This document shows positions 18,688 through 27,640 of a stretch of 35,747 nt of DNA, one piece after another; position 1 is the first letter of the stretch, and each line of letters opens with the position of its first letter. The translations under genes and the position numbers were made by a program. Below the pieces are notes generated by a model. The model was not told the DNA's origin, did not search any database, and saw only the letters and a program-made list of their open reading frames with translations. The stretch comes from an uncultured Candidatus Peribacteria bacterium (GTDB lineage Bacteria > Patescibacteriota > Gracilibacteria > UBA1369 > 2-02-FULL-48-14), in contig CAYHTG010000004.1 in NCBI GenBank assembly GCA_964359495.1, positions 1-35,747 on the forward strand, given 5' to 3'.

Positions 18688-19944
18688 TTACGAAAGAGAG
18701 TCGATAAGCTCAATCACAATTTTGCAGACCTCTGCGCGAGTGATGGTTTGGTTTCCTTTGAAAGACCCGTCGCTGTAGCCGCCCACCAGTCCGCTGGACT
18801 TGGCGTAGGCGCTGTATTTGGCAAACCAGTCGTTCACGGTATCTACGTCGCTGAAGTTTGGAGTAACGGAATCGAAGTCATCCACACCGGCCGCCACTAA
18901 AATGATTTTCAGCGCCTCGGCGCGAGTCACATTGTTGTTGGGCTTGAAAGTGTCATCCTCGTAGCCTTTCACAATGCCTAAGTCGCCGGCTGCGCTGGCC
19001 ACGTAATCAGCAAACCAATCCGCACTTTTTACATCTGTAAAATCTTCCTCACCATCGGAAGTGGGAAGGTCAAAAGCGAGCAGGGCGATTTTGACAATTT
19101 GGGCGCGTGTGATGGAGTCATCAGGTCCAAAACGGCCGTCGCCATAACCGCCAATCACATCGTCGTTATAAAGTTCCAGGATATAGTTTTCCGCCCAGTG
19201 GCCATCGATGTCGGTGAGGTCGTCTTTTTCATCATCATCATTATCGTCGTCATCATCATTATCGCTTTCTTCGTCAGTAGGAAGAGCGTCCGCTTCGCTA
19301 CCGCTCTGGCTGGTAATATAAATCTTTGTATTGGAGCTGATATTTCCGGCTTCGTCTTTCAAGCCTATGCTGAAAGCGTCTTCGTCGCCTCCACCCGAGA
19401 GACCCACTTCCACAGAGAAATTTCCATTGGAGTCTACCGTTTCGCCGGACTCCTCATTGTTTACAAGAACCTCCGCCAGAGCTTCGCCGGTTCCCACAAT
19501 GGTATAAGTGCTATTTTCGGTCTCGGCCTCGGTTTCGTTGAGCTCGGGAGCGTCGGGGGAGCTGCGGTCTTCGCCGGTTTCCGCTTCGTACTCAGCGGTG
19601 GCTTCCACGCCTTCGACAATGCTGATTTCCACAGGGTCGCTGGGCGTGGCATCTTCGTTTTGGGCTTGGATAAAATAGGTATTGGTGGTTTCTTGAATTA
19701 GTGCAACGGTGATGGAGAAGTCTCCATTCTCATCGGCGTCGATGGGGGGAATTTCATAAAGACCGCCGGTCACAATAATTTTTGCATTCGGGTCCGCGGT
19801 ACCGGTGATGACTCCCTTGTTAGAATCAGTCGGAGAGGTGGGTTCGTCCACTTGCGGGGGCGGGGTGGTTTCCGCCATGACCAGCAAAATGGGAATTGTG
19901 CTGCTCACGACAAGAAGGAGAAAAACGAAGAAGAATTTTTTCAC
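18688..19944 (-). CDS. Secreted S-layer homology (SLH) protein with two Ig-like domains
   Basis: Signal peptide, two ITGTA...GDFS.TV.L Ig-like repeats, an acidic linker and three SLH repeats (GYGDGRFGPDDSITRAQ, GYEDDTFKPNNNVTRAE, GYSDGSFKGNQTITRAE). Confidence 0.93.
   Translation of the reverse strand: MKKFFFVFLLLVVSSTIPILLVMAETTPPPQVDEPTSPTDSNKGVITGTADPNAKIIVTGGLYEIPPIDADENGDFSITVALIQETTNTYFIQAQNEDATPSDPVEISIVEGVEATAEYEAETGEDRSSPDAPELNETEAETENSTYTIVGTGEALAEVLVNNEESGETVDSNGNFSVEVGLSGGGDEDAFSIGLKDEAGNISSNTKIYITSQSGSEADALPTDEESDNDDDDDNDDDEKDDLTDIDGHWAENYILELYNDDVIGGYGDGRFGPDDSITRAQIVKIALLAFDLPTSDGEEDFTDVKSADWFADYVASAAGDLGIVKGYEDDTFKPNNNVTRAEALKIILVAAGVDDFDSVTPNFSDVDTVNDWFAKYSAYAKSSGLVGGYSDGSFKGNQTITRAEVCKIVIELIDSLS
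19219..19275. repeat. Low-complexity (TCA/TCG)n tract encoding an Asp-rich linker
   Basis: Encodes DEESDNDDDDDNDDDEKDD on the minus strand. Confidence 0.7.
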
Positions 19945-20003
19945 AGAACTTTTTTTAAATGCTCACCTTCGGTGAGTGGCGTGACGAAGTTACTCTATAT
20001 TAT

Positions 20004-21089
20004 TTACAACAAACTTACAAATTCGTCGAAAAGAAAACCGGTGTCGGTGGGACCGGGGCTGGCTTCGGGATGGAATTGAACCGAGAAAAAAGGAAGTGTT
20101 TTGTGACGGAGGCCCTCAACGCAGCCATCGTTGGCGTTTTCGAAAAGCACTTCCCAGTCCTTAGGGAGGTTTTTTGGGCTTACGGCAAAGCCATGATTTT
20201 GAGAAGTGATGTAGCAGCGTCCCGTTGGCAAATGAATGCAGGGTTGATTTTGTCCCCGATGGCCGTATTTGAGTTTGTAGGTCTTTGCTCCGGCGGCGAT
20301 GCCCATAATTTGGGTGCCCAAACAAATTCCAAAAGTTGGGATTTTGCGGGCAAAGCACTCCTTCATAATTGTGACCGTTTCCTCCATCATGGCGGGGTCG
20401 CCCGGACCGTTTGAGAAGAATACTCCATCGAACTTTATGCCGGTTTTTTCCTCATAAGTAAAAGGGTCTGCGTTCCATGGAAAGCGTGTGAGTTTAATCC
20501 CTCGATTCAAAAAACTTCGGAGAGTGTTATTTTTTACTCCGGTGTCGATGATCGCGATGTGTTTACGACCTTCACCGTAGCTGCGAATTTCAGTGGGGCT
20601 CACTTTCGCGACCAGATTTTCCGTGTTCGGATCATAAAAGTCCTCGCTTGGCGTAGTGTCTGCGGCGTGAATCTTCCCCGGCATGGACCCTTTTTCACGG
20701 AGGTGCTGGGTGAGGGCGCGGGTGTCTACGCCGGTAATCCCCGGAACATCGTATTCGCGCATCCAATCCGAAAGGCTCTTTGCGGCATTCCAATGGGAGT
20801 AAACTTCGCTGTAGTCCGTGACGATGAGGCCCTTTAAATGGATGCGGCTACTTTCAAAAAACTTGCTGATTTTTCCTTCGTCGAGTTCTTCCGCAGGCAC
20901 GCCATAGTTGCCGATGAGTGGAAAGGTCAGAACCAAAATCTGATCTTTAAAAGAGGGGTCCGTGAGGCTTTCCGGATAGCCCACCATTCCTGTGGTAAAC
21001 ACCACTTCCCCTTCGCTTTCTTTGAAAGCCCCGAAGGCCTTGCCCGTGATTTGGGTGCCGTCTTTGAGAGTGAGCGTGAGTTTGTCCAT
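20004..21089 (-). CDS. carA: Carbamoyl-phosphate synthase small subunit
   Basis: GEVVFTTGMVGYPESLTDPS, SNGPGDP, FGICLG (Cys), SQNHGFAV and QFHPEA. Confidence 0.98.
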   Translation of the reverse strand: MDKLTLTLKDGTQITGKAFGAFKESEGEVVFTTGMVGYPESLTDPSFKDQILVLTFPLIGNYGVPAEELDEGKISKFFESSRIHLKGLIVTDYSEVYSHWNAAKSLSDWMREYDVPGITGVDTRALTQHLREKGSMPGKIHAADTTPSEDFYDPNTENLVAKVSPTEIRSYGEGRKHIAIIDTGVKNNTLRSFLNRGIKLTRFPWNADPFTYEEKTGIKFDGVFFSNGPGDPAMMEETVTIMKECFARKIPTFGICLGTQIMGIAAGAKTYKLKYGHRGQNQPCIHLPTGRCYITSQNHGFAVSPKNLPKDWEVLFENANDGCVEGLRHKTLPFFSVQFHPEASPGPTDTGFLFDEFVSLL

Positions 21090-21175
21090 AGTGCAGGTAA
21101 GCTTTTGATCTTTGGTAGTTTAGCATGGAGGTATTAGGAGGGAAGGTAGATGACTTTTGCTTGGACAGGAATGGC

Positions 21176-21203
21176 TTGACAGGCGAATGAAAACAAGTAT
21201 AAT
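21176..21203 (+). promoter_or_regulatory. Perfect-consensus sigma70 promoter
   Basis: TTGACA-16 bp-TATAAT. Confidence 0.75.
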
Positions 21204-21235
21204 CCAAGTGTTAGAATCGTTTCTTCACAAATATT

Positions 21236-21522
21236 ATGGGGGGTCTAGAAGATAGAATGTCAGGTAGCGCGGCTTATGCAGAGGTCCTTGGTTTGCAGCT
21301 CGAGTTTTAGGTCAACTCAAAACTGAGAAGCAAAGGGTTCTTGGGAGTACGGTTTTAGATATTGCAGATCGTGTGAGAAATGCCCTGGAGCCTAAGCGAC
21401 CTAAGCGAGCTCAAGTAGGGAAAGGACTCGACTTCCGGCCAGTGGTTCTTTTTACGGGGCTCCTTATGGGCTTCACAAAGCTCCTCACACCAGCCACTGG
21501 TAAAAAAAGAGAAAGGGCGTAA
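21236..21522 (+). pseudogene. Possible frameshifted small hypothetical gene (~95 aa if joined)
   Basis: The ORF from ATG 21236 stops at TAG 21310 after 24 aa. The -1 frame stays open from about 21268 to TAA 21522. It lies downstream of a consensus promoter. Confidence 0.35.
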
Positions 21523-21534
21523 AATGCCACTGAT

Positions 21535-22449
21535 ATGAAGCATTTTCTTTCTTCCAAAGACTTGAGTCGCGAGAAGCTCTTGGAACTTTTGTTCAGGGCG
21601 GAAGAGTTTTTGCCGATTGTGAAGTCGCGCAGCAAACTAAATCTTGCCGAAGGGAAAATCCTCGCAACTTTGTTTTACGAGCCTTCCACGCGTACGCGGT
21701 TCTCTTTTGAAACGGCCATGCTTCGGTTGGGCGGGGGTGTGATTTCGAATGCGGACATGGGTAGTACTTCTTCTGCGAAAAAAGGGGAAACGCTTTATGA
21801 CACGGGGAAAATGGTGTCGACTTTTGCGGACGTGATTGCCATGCGCCATCCTGAAAAAGGGGCGGTGGCTGAACTTGCGAAGGGCAGCTCGGTGCCGGTG
21901 GTGAATGGAGGAGACGGAGCGGGGGATCATCCCACTCAAGGCCTGCTCGACATTTTTACGATTCAAAAGTGCCTGGGATGCCTCGACGGTTTTGTAATTG
22001 CGATGGTTGGTGATCTCAAAAACAGCCGAGTGGTGCATTCTCAGTGCGAGTACTTGCTGCATTTTGAGGGGATCAAGTTTGTTTTAGTTTCGCCGGAGGG
22101 GCTCAGGATGCCTGCTGAGATTGTGGAAAGATTGAAGGTGAAGTTTGAGATTCTGGAAACGGAGAATCTGGAAGCTGTGATGGGTGAGATGGACGTACTT
22201 TCCGACACGCGCATTCAGGAGGAACGGTTTGCGAGCGAAGCGGAGTACGCCAAGTACAACGGAGTGTATGTGCTTACGCCGGCTCTCATGGCGAAAGCGA
22301 AAAAAGAAATGATTGTGATTGATCCTTTGCCGCGTCTCAATCACATCGATCCCGCGGTGGACAGCGATCCCCGCGCAAAGTATTTCGAGCAAGTGGCGAA
22401 TGGCGTGGCCGTGCGGATGGCGATTTTGGCGGAGCTCTTGGGGTTGTAG
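21535..22449 (+). CDS. pyrB: Aspartate carbamoyltransferase catalytic subunit
   Basis: FYEPSTRTRFSF, KGETL.DT, HPTQ, VGDLK, TRIQEERF and PLPR. Confidence 0.98.
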   Translation: MKHFLSSKDLSREKLLELLFRAEEFLPIVKSRSKLNLAEGKILATLFYEPSTRTRFSFETAMLRLGGGVISNADMGSTSSAKKGETLYDTGKMVSTFADVIAMRHPEKGAVAELAKGSSVPVVNGGDGAGDHPTQGLLDIFTIQKCLGCLDGFVIAMVGDLKNSRVVHSQCEYLLHFEGIKFVLVSPEGLRMPAEIVERLKVKFEILETENLEAVMGEMDVLSDTRIQEERFASEAEYAKYNGVYVLTPALMAKAKKEMIVIDPLPRLNHIDPAVDSDPRAKYFEQVANGVAVRMAILAELLGL

Positions 22450-22484
22450 AATCTACCGGATTATTAACCTATAGTCTAAAAATC

Positions 22485-22512
22485 TTGCAAAGGTTTTCTA
22501 CTGGGGTATAAT
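22485..22512 (+). promoter_or_regulatory. Putative promoter giving a leaderless or near-leaderless transcript
   Basis: TTGCAA-16 bp-TATAAT, with the ATG 8 nt downstream. Confidence 0.65.
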
Positions 22513-22520
22513 GTGTAAGT

Positions 22521-23699
22521 ATGATAAAAGATCGATACCTCCACGCTACAATACGAGCAGATTTGAAAGAAAAGATGGTTTTCTTGGGTGGACCACGGCA
22601 AGTTGGCAAGACGACGTTGGCGCATTTTTTGGGCAAAAGCGATTACAAGGCCTACGCTTACCTCAATTGGGATAATCGGCAAGATAGAAAGACTATTTTG
22701 GAAGGTGGTTTCCCGACAAGCGCCCGGTTAGTTGTTTTTGACGAACTTCACAAATATAAAAAATGGAAAAACTACATTAAAGGGGAATTTGATACTCATA
22801 AAGGTAGATTCCACATCCTGGTAACCGGAAGTGCTCGACTTGATCTCTATCGAAAGGGTGGGGATTCCTTGATGGGGAGATATCACTACTATCGGCTACA
22901 TCCGTTTTCCTCCGCGGAAGTTTTGGGGACGCAACCGAAGATACTTGTTTCAAAGGAGATTGTATTTCCAGAACCAAATCGTTTGGTGTCAAAGGTGTTT
23001 ACTGACCTGCTTGTCTTTGGGGGCTTTCCAGAACCGTTTTTAAAAAAAGATCAACAAACGCTTCGCCGTTTTACAAACGAGCGTGTGGACCGCTTAATTA
23101 AGGAGGATATTCGGGACACTACGCAGGTACGCGATTTGTCGGCTTTACAAATTTTGGTGGAAATTCTACCTTCTAAAGTCGGGTCACTCCTCTCAATAAA
23201 TGCCTTGCGCGGTGATTTAGAAGTAGCACACAAAACTGTTAAAATGTGGATGGATGTTCTGGAGCGTTTTTATTATCACTTTAGAATTTATCCATATGCA
23301 TCCACTGCCATAAAGTCTTTACGCAAAGAACCTAAAATGTATCTTTGGGATTGGTCGCAAGTGGCAGATGAAGGGCCGCGTTTGGAAAACATGGTGGCCG
23401 CCCATCTTTTAAAGATGAACCATTTTTTGTATGACGCACAAGGTTATAAAGCTGAATTATTTTTTTTACGTGATATCGAAGGCAGGGAAGTAGATTTTCT
23501 TGTCACCATCAACAGAAAACCGTGGCTGGCTATTGAGGTAAAAACCGCAAAAGAGGAAATTTCCAAGCCCTTAGCGTATTTTGCAAACAAACTAAAGATT
23601 CCGTTTACCTATCAGCTTGTAAGGGATTCCGGTATTGATTACTGGAAAAAAAATATTCGAGTCATGAGCGCGGATAAGTTTTTGAGCGGATTGGTGTAA
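22521..23699 (+). CDS. AAA_14 family ATPase with DUF4143 and a C-terminal PD-(D/E)xK-like domain
   Basis: GPRQVGKTT, VFDE, VTGS, SLMGR, GGFPE, PKMYLWD, LENMV and REVDF...AIEVK. Confidence 0.92.
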   Translation: MIKDRYLHATIRADLKEKMVFLGGPRQVGKTTLAHFLGKSDYKAYAYLNWDNRQDRKTILEGGFPTSARLVVFDELHKYKKWKNYIKGEFDTHKGRFHILVTGSARLDLYRKGGDSLMGRYHYYRLHPFSSAEVLGTQPKILVSKEIVFPEPNRLVSKVFTDLLVFGGFPEPFLKKDQQTLRRFTNERVDRLIKEDIRDTTQVRDLSALQILVEILPSKVGSLLSINALRGDLEVAHKTVKMWMDVLERFYYHFRIYPYASTAIKSLRKEPKMYLWDWSQVADEGPRLENMVAAHLLKMNHFLYDAQGYKAELFFLRDIEGREVDFLVTINRKPWLAIEVKTAKEEISKPLAYFANKLKIPFTYQLVRDSGIDYWKKNIRVMSADKFLSGLV

Positions 23700-23755
23700 G
23701 CTAGGATAGCTCCCGAATCTTTTTGGATTGACCAAATGGTCGGCTTGTACCGATA

Positions 23756-24844
23756 ATGCCTGCGATGACATTTGAAATAAAGAACGTTGGACAGGGGAGG
23801 TTCCTTATTCCCGGGCTCATTGATCCTCACGTGCATTTTCGCGACCCCGGCTTTCGGGAAAAAGAAGATTGGGCCAGTGGAAGTGCGGCGGCCTTAGCGG
23901 GTGGAGTGACCCTGGTGCTGGATATGCCCAACACGAATCCACCCACCACGACGGTGGCTGCACTGGAAGAGAAAAGGGTCCGTGCGCAGGCGGCGAGCAA
24001 AGTGGCTTTTGGACTTTTTTTTGGAGCGACGACGGGCGAGGATGGCAAGCTTGCTAATGCCGATGAAATTCGCCAGGCGGAAGGAATTGTGGGCATCAAA
24101 GTCTACATGGGATCTTCAACGGGCGGCCTCTTGGTTTCGGACCCGGCGGCGCTGGAGGAAATTTTCACCATCGCCAAAGAAAAAGACCTGCCGGTGGTGG
24201 TGCATGCCGAGAACGAAGAAATGATAAGGGCGGGAAAGCGTGATTGCGAGTGTGCTTCCGTTGCGACGGAGAGCGCTTTGAAGCTTCGCGAGAAAATTGG
24301 CAACCGCCTTCACATCGCGCACCTCAGTTGCAAGGGTGAGTTGGAGTTGATTCGACGCTATAAAAAAATGGATCAGCATCAACGTATTTCCTGTGAAGTT
24401 ACTCCCCATCATCTTTTTTTCACTGAGGAGGAGATGAAAGATGGTTTTTTGAAGGTTTATCCACCTTTGCGTTCGAAGGAAGATGTCGCCGCTTTATGGG
24501 AGGGGCTGCGGGACGGCACGGTGGACTGCCTCGCTACAGACCACGCGCCTCACACGCGAGAGGAAAAACAAGGCCCGAATCCACCCGCGGGAGTTCCAGG
24601 AGTTGAATTTCTTTTGCCGCTTATGCTGAATGCCGTGAATGAAGGCAAGCTGACTTTGGAGCAACTCGTGGTTTTAACCAGTGAAGGACCCGCCCGTATT
24701 TTTAAGCTGAAAAGCAGGGGGTCTGTTTTGGTGGATATGAATTTAGTTCGAACAATTGATGCCAGTATGATTCGTTCAAAATGTGGCTGGTCTCCTTACG
24801 AAGGACGCACACTGAAGGGTTGGCCGGTGGAAGCTGTTGTCTAA
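23756..24844 (+). CDS. pyrC: Dihydroorotase (type I-like); true start may be ATG 23765
   Basis: PGLIDPHVHFRDPG, DMPNT, VHAE, HIAHLS, CEVTPHHL, PPLR and ATDHAPH. Confidence 0.96.
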   Translation: MPAMTFEIKNVGQGRFLIPGLIDPHVHFRDPGFREKEDWASGSAAALAGGVTLVLDMPNTNPPTTTVAALEEKRVRAQAASKVAFGLFFGATTGEDGKLANADEIRQAEGIVGIKVYMGSSTGGLLVSDPAALEEIFTIAKEKDLPVVVHAENEEMIRAGKRDCECASVATESALKLREKIGNRLHIAHLSCKGELELIRRYKKMDQHQRISCEVTPHHLFFTEEEMKDGFLKVYPPLRSKEDVAALWEGLRDGTVDCLATDHAPHTREEKQGPNPPAGVPGVEFLLPLMLNAVNEGKLTLEQLVVLTSEGPARIFKLKSRGSVLVDMNLVRTIDASMIRSKCGWSPYEGRTLKGWPVEAVV

Positions 24845-24873
24845 GCGTGACAACACTATTTTCTCGACTTGAG

Positions 24874-24901
24874 TTGACAATTATTTTGACCGGACTACAA
24901 T
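24874..24901 (+). promoter_or_regulatory. Putative sigma70 promoter
   Basis: TTGACA-16 bp-TACAAT, upstream of ATG 24934. Confidence 0.65.
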
Positions 24902-24933
24902 TACCCCCTTTATTCTCCTTTAACCTTATTGTT

Positions 24934-26433
24934 ATGTTTAGAAAATTTACCGCTTTAGCGCTGATTGTTTTTTTGAATATTTTAGCCACGCAGGCCGTAT
25001 TTGCTTCGCACCTCGATAGCGATGGAGACGGAATCTATGATGAAGATGAGGCCACTTACGGTTTTGATCCCGCCAATCCGGACGAAGATGGAAATTCAGT
25101 TCTTGATGGGGAAGATGATTATGATGGGGACGGGCTTAGCACGGTAGCCGAGCTCTATATGTATTTCACCAACCCCACGAGCATTGACACCGATGCGGAT
25201 GGTCGCAGCGACTATGCCGAAATTATTGTTTCTCCACTCACCGATCCGAATGACTCGGATTCGGATGACGACGGTTTAAGTGACACAGAGAATGCCCTTT
25301 ACGGAACGAACCCTAATGATTCCGATTCCGATAACGATGGAACAAACGATGGAGCTGAAGTGGGTGCGGGGACCAATCCTCTCGTTGACGAGCGTACTTT
25401 TATAGTAGAAGCGGGACCCGATGAAGGATTTGGATTTAGGAATACAGTGGGATTCACCACTCGTGCTTATATATTGGGTTCGGGTTATGAAAGCGTGAGC
25501 ACCGGTACCATTTCTTGGGGTGATGGGACTTCTGACTTTGCCACTTTGACGGCAGGATCCGACCGTGTTTACATACAAGGCTCTCATCTCTACTCCGCAC
25601 CGGAAACTTTCACCGTAACGGTTTGCGTAGTGAACGGGGAAGCTTTGGCTTGTGATACGGCAAGGATTTCCATGGTTGGCAGTTCGAGTGGGAGTCAACA
25701 ATCTACTTCGTCTACATCCACATCAACGAATACAACTGAAACTGAAGAAGAGACTGTGGTAGAAACGACTACGGAAGAAGAGACCACCGAAGAAGAGACC
25801 GCAGTAGAAGAGGAACAAGAAGTGGTGCCCGCCTCTGAAGAAGGGGAAGAGGAAACTCAAACTGCAGATGATGCTGCAGTGGAAGAAGATCAAGAGGTCA
25901 TTTTGACCGAAGGAGAGGAAGCCGACTGCAGTGCAATGGCGTTCACCGATGTTTCTGACGACATGGCTTTCTTCGACTCGCTTTGTTCCTTCTGGGCAGC
26001 TGATGTGATTCACGGAAAAGATTCCTATACTTTTGATCCGGAAGACATGATTCGTCGTGATGAAGCTTCGAAGGTATTCACTCGACTTTTTGGCTACGTG
26101 AGTGAGTCTTACGACGAAACTCCCGCTGTGGAAGAAAGCTCTTTTGTTGATGTGGACCCCGAAACAGAAGTGCTGGCTTACTACATGGAAGTTGCCGCTG
26201 AAGAAGACTTAATGGAAATCGATGTGGACAGTGTGAAAAATGAGGAAGGAGAAATTGTGGATGCCGCTTACTTCCGACCCCATGAAGGAATGACGGTGGG
26301 AGAAATAGTGAACACTCTAGACGTTATTACAGGTAAAGATACGGGTGCCACTTTGGAAGAAGAAGGCTACGATAGCGAAGATACAATGACTCGTGGCAGT
26401 TTCGTGGACTTTTTGTTTGGCATCGTTGACTAA
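24934..26433 (+). CDS. Secreted acidic protein with TSP3-like Ca-binding repeats, a PKD-like domain, a Glu/Thr linker and C-terminal SLH-like repeats (start moved to 24934)
   Basis: Signal peptide MFRKFTALAL...VFA, repeated D.DGDG..D..E...TNP...D, ISWGDG...H.Y..P.TFTVTV, and FTDV...FDPEDMIRRDE. The ORF-track start overlaps pyrC. Confidence 0.88.
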   Translation: MFRKFTALALIVFLNILATQAVFASHLDSDGDGIYDEDEATYGFDPANPDEDGNSVLDGEDDYDGDGLSTVAELYMYFTNPTSIDTDADGRSDYAEIIVSPLTDPNDSDSDDDGLSDTENALYGTNPNDSDSDNDGTNDGAEVGAGTNPLVDERTFIVEAGPDEGFGFRNTVGFTTRAYILGSGYESVSTGTISWGDGTSDFATLTAGSDRVYIQGSHLYSAPETFTVTVCVVNGEALACDTARISMVGSSSGSQQSTSSTSTSTNTTETEEETVVETTTEEETTEEETAVEEEQEVVPASEEGEEETQTADDAAVEEDQEVILTEGEEADCSAMAFTDVSDDMAFFDSLCSFWAADVIHGKDSYTFDPEDMIRRDEASKVFTRLFGYVSESYDETPAVEESSFVDVDPETEVLAYYMEVAAEEDLMEIDVDSVKNEEGEIVDAAYFRPHEGMTVGEIVNTLDVITGKDTGATLEEEGYDSEDTMTRGSFVDFLFGIVD

Positions 26434-27581
26434 TATATAAACTTTAGTGCAAGAATCGTGGCGTGCATCTGATGCTGGGCCACGTCGATGCGGAGGGTTT
26501 CCCCTTCCGCTTCGTTGCGTATGCCTCCTTGGGCGTAGGGGTCGGCAGAGTCCGTGATTTGCCAGCTTCTTAGTTTTGAGAGTCCCGTGTCTATGGTCAT
26601 CAGGAGTTTGTTTTGGAGGACTTCGTCTCCCGTGAGGCGGGCCACTTCATAGGCAGAGGCGAGGCCTTCGAAGGCGTAACCGGTATTCTTTGTTCGTGTG
26701 AGGATTTCATGTGTGTCCATCATCCAAGTAGCCATGGCTAGAGTCCAATCTGCTTGATCATCGCTGGACCATTCGCTGGTGTAGAGTTCGTATAAAGCCA
26801 TAGAACCCCATTGGTAAAAGCCTTTGGTGGTATCGGAATCGGGGTCCTCAGCAAGGGCGGCCTCTACATTCACCTTAACCATTTGCTCGGCTGACTCGGC
26901 GGCGAGTTCCCCGAGTTCTTCGTAACCGGCATATTTGGCGGCTTTAATCAGCGCCAGCAGTGCCTCTCCATCGTAGTAGGCGGAAGCTTTTCCGTAGCCT
27001 TCACCAAGGTCTTCGGGGTCGGTTTCTTCATAGTTTCCATAAAATTGACCTCCTTCTTGGCGAAGCGCGAGGAGACAATTCAGGTAGGGATCGAGGTCTT
27101 CTTTAACGGGGCTCTCAGGGTTCACGCGGAGGTAATCTATGAGGCTGAGAGTGACCAGAGCCTGGGTTCCTGTTTTGCCCGCTTCTCCATCGGGGTAGGC
27201 GACGCAGCGTTTATCAGGAAGGTTGTTTGGCGAATCTAGCCAAACAGAGTTGATTTTGAAGTAAGTTAAGCCTTTCTCAATGGCATTTTCCAGGTCAGGG
27301 TTGGGGGAGTGGAGGTTTATGAGAGTGAGTCCCCAGAGCGCTCCTGCTTGTCGAACAGCGTTGTCGTCTTCGGTGTAGCTTTGCGTGGCGAAATTGTATT
27401 CGTAATCAAAGTTTCCCGCCTCGGTTTGATGAGCGAGCAGGAACTGAGCGCCCAGGGCAAGGGATTCTTCCAGTTCCGAAGTGGTGAGCGTGGGTACATA
27501 GGCTTCCGTGGGGATCTCGTAGATTTGAGGGCCACAGGAGGTGAGGAAAAGTGCGAGGGGAAGGAGGCTTATTTTTTTCAT
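26430..27581 (-). CDS. Lipoprotein with a predicted (alpha/alpha) toroid fold, function unknown (start moved to 27581)
   Basis: Lipobox LTSC after MKKISLLPLALF. Helical repeats with FL..HQ...G.F, RQAGALWGL, YYDGEALLAL and LRIDVAQH. A -10 box TATGCT lies 6 nt upstream of the ATG. Confidence 0.75.
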   Translation of the reverse strand: MKKISLLPLALFLTSCGPQIYEIPTEAYVPTLTTSELEESLALGAQFLLAHQTEAGNFDYEYNFATQSYTEDDNAVRQAGALWGLTLINLHSPNPDLENAIEKGLTYFKINSVWLDSPNNLPDKRCVAYPDGEAGKTGTQALVTLSLIDYLRVNPESPVKEDLDPYLNCLLALRQEGGQFYGNYEETDPEDLGEGYGKASAYYDGEALLALIKAAKYAGYEELGELAAESAEQMVKVNVEAALAEDPDSDTTKGFYQWGSMALYELYTSEWSSDDQADWTLAMATWMMDTHEILTRTKNTGYAFEGLASAYEVARLTGDEVLQNKLLMTIDTGLSKLRSWQITDSADPYAQGGIRNEAEGETLRIDVAQHQMHATILALKFIY

Positions 27582-27640
27582 AGCGCGAGCATACAAGCAA
27601 TTTTCTTGTAAGAAAAGCCGTATTATGCTTCTATACAGAC

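Noticed and set aside
21204-21534. PyrR-type or pyrBI-type attenuator upstream of pyrB
   Set aside because: No PyrR-binding loop consensus and no hairpin followed by a U tract could be found.
22521-23699. DUF4143 ATPase as part of a multi-gene defence system
   Set aside because: It is a solitary gene between pyrB and pyrC with no partner genes, and this family is common as stand-alone genes.
24781-24933. ORF-track N-terminal extension of the TSP3/SLH protein (likewise 7448-7540, 27582-27596 and 34726-34779)
   Set aside because: The extensions overlap neighbouring genes or promoters. Downstream ATGs give better-supported starts (signal peptide, promoter position or no overlap).
19219-25920. 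Repeat-like DNA (TCA runs, GAAGAAGAGAC repeats, GATTCCGAT units) as a CRISPR or other array
   Set aside because: These are fully explained by Asp/Glu/Thr-rich coding sequence inside the SLH proteins, with no constant repeat-spacer period.
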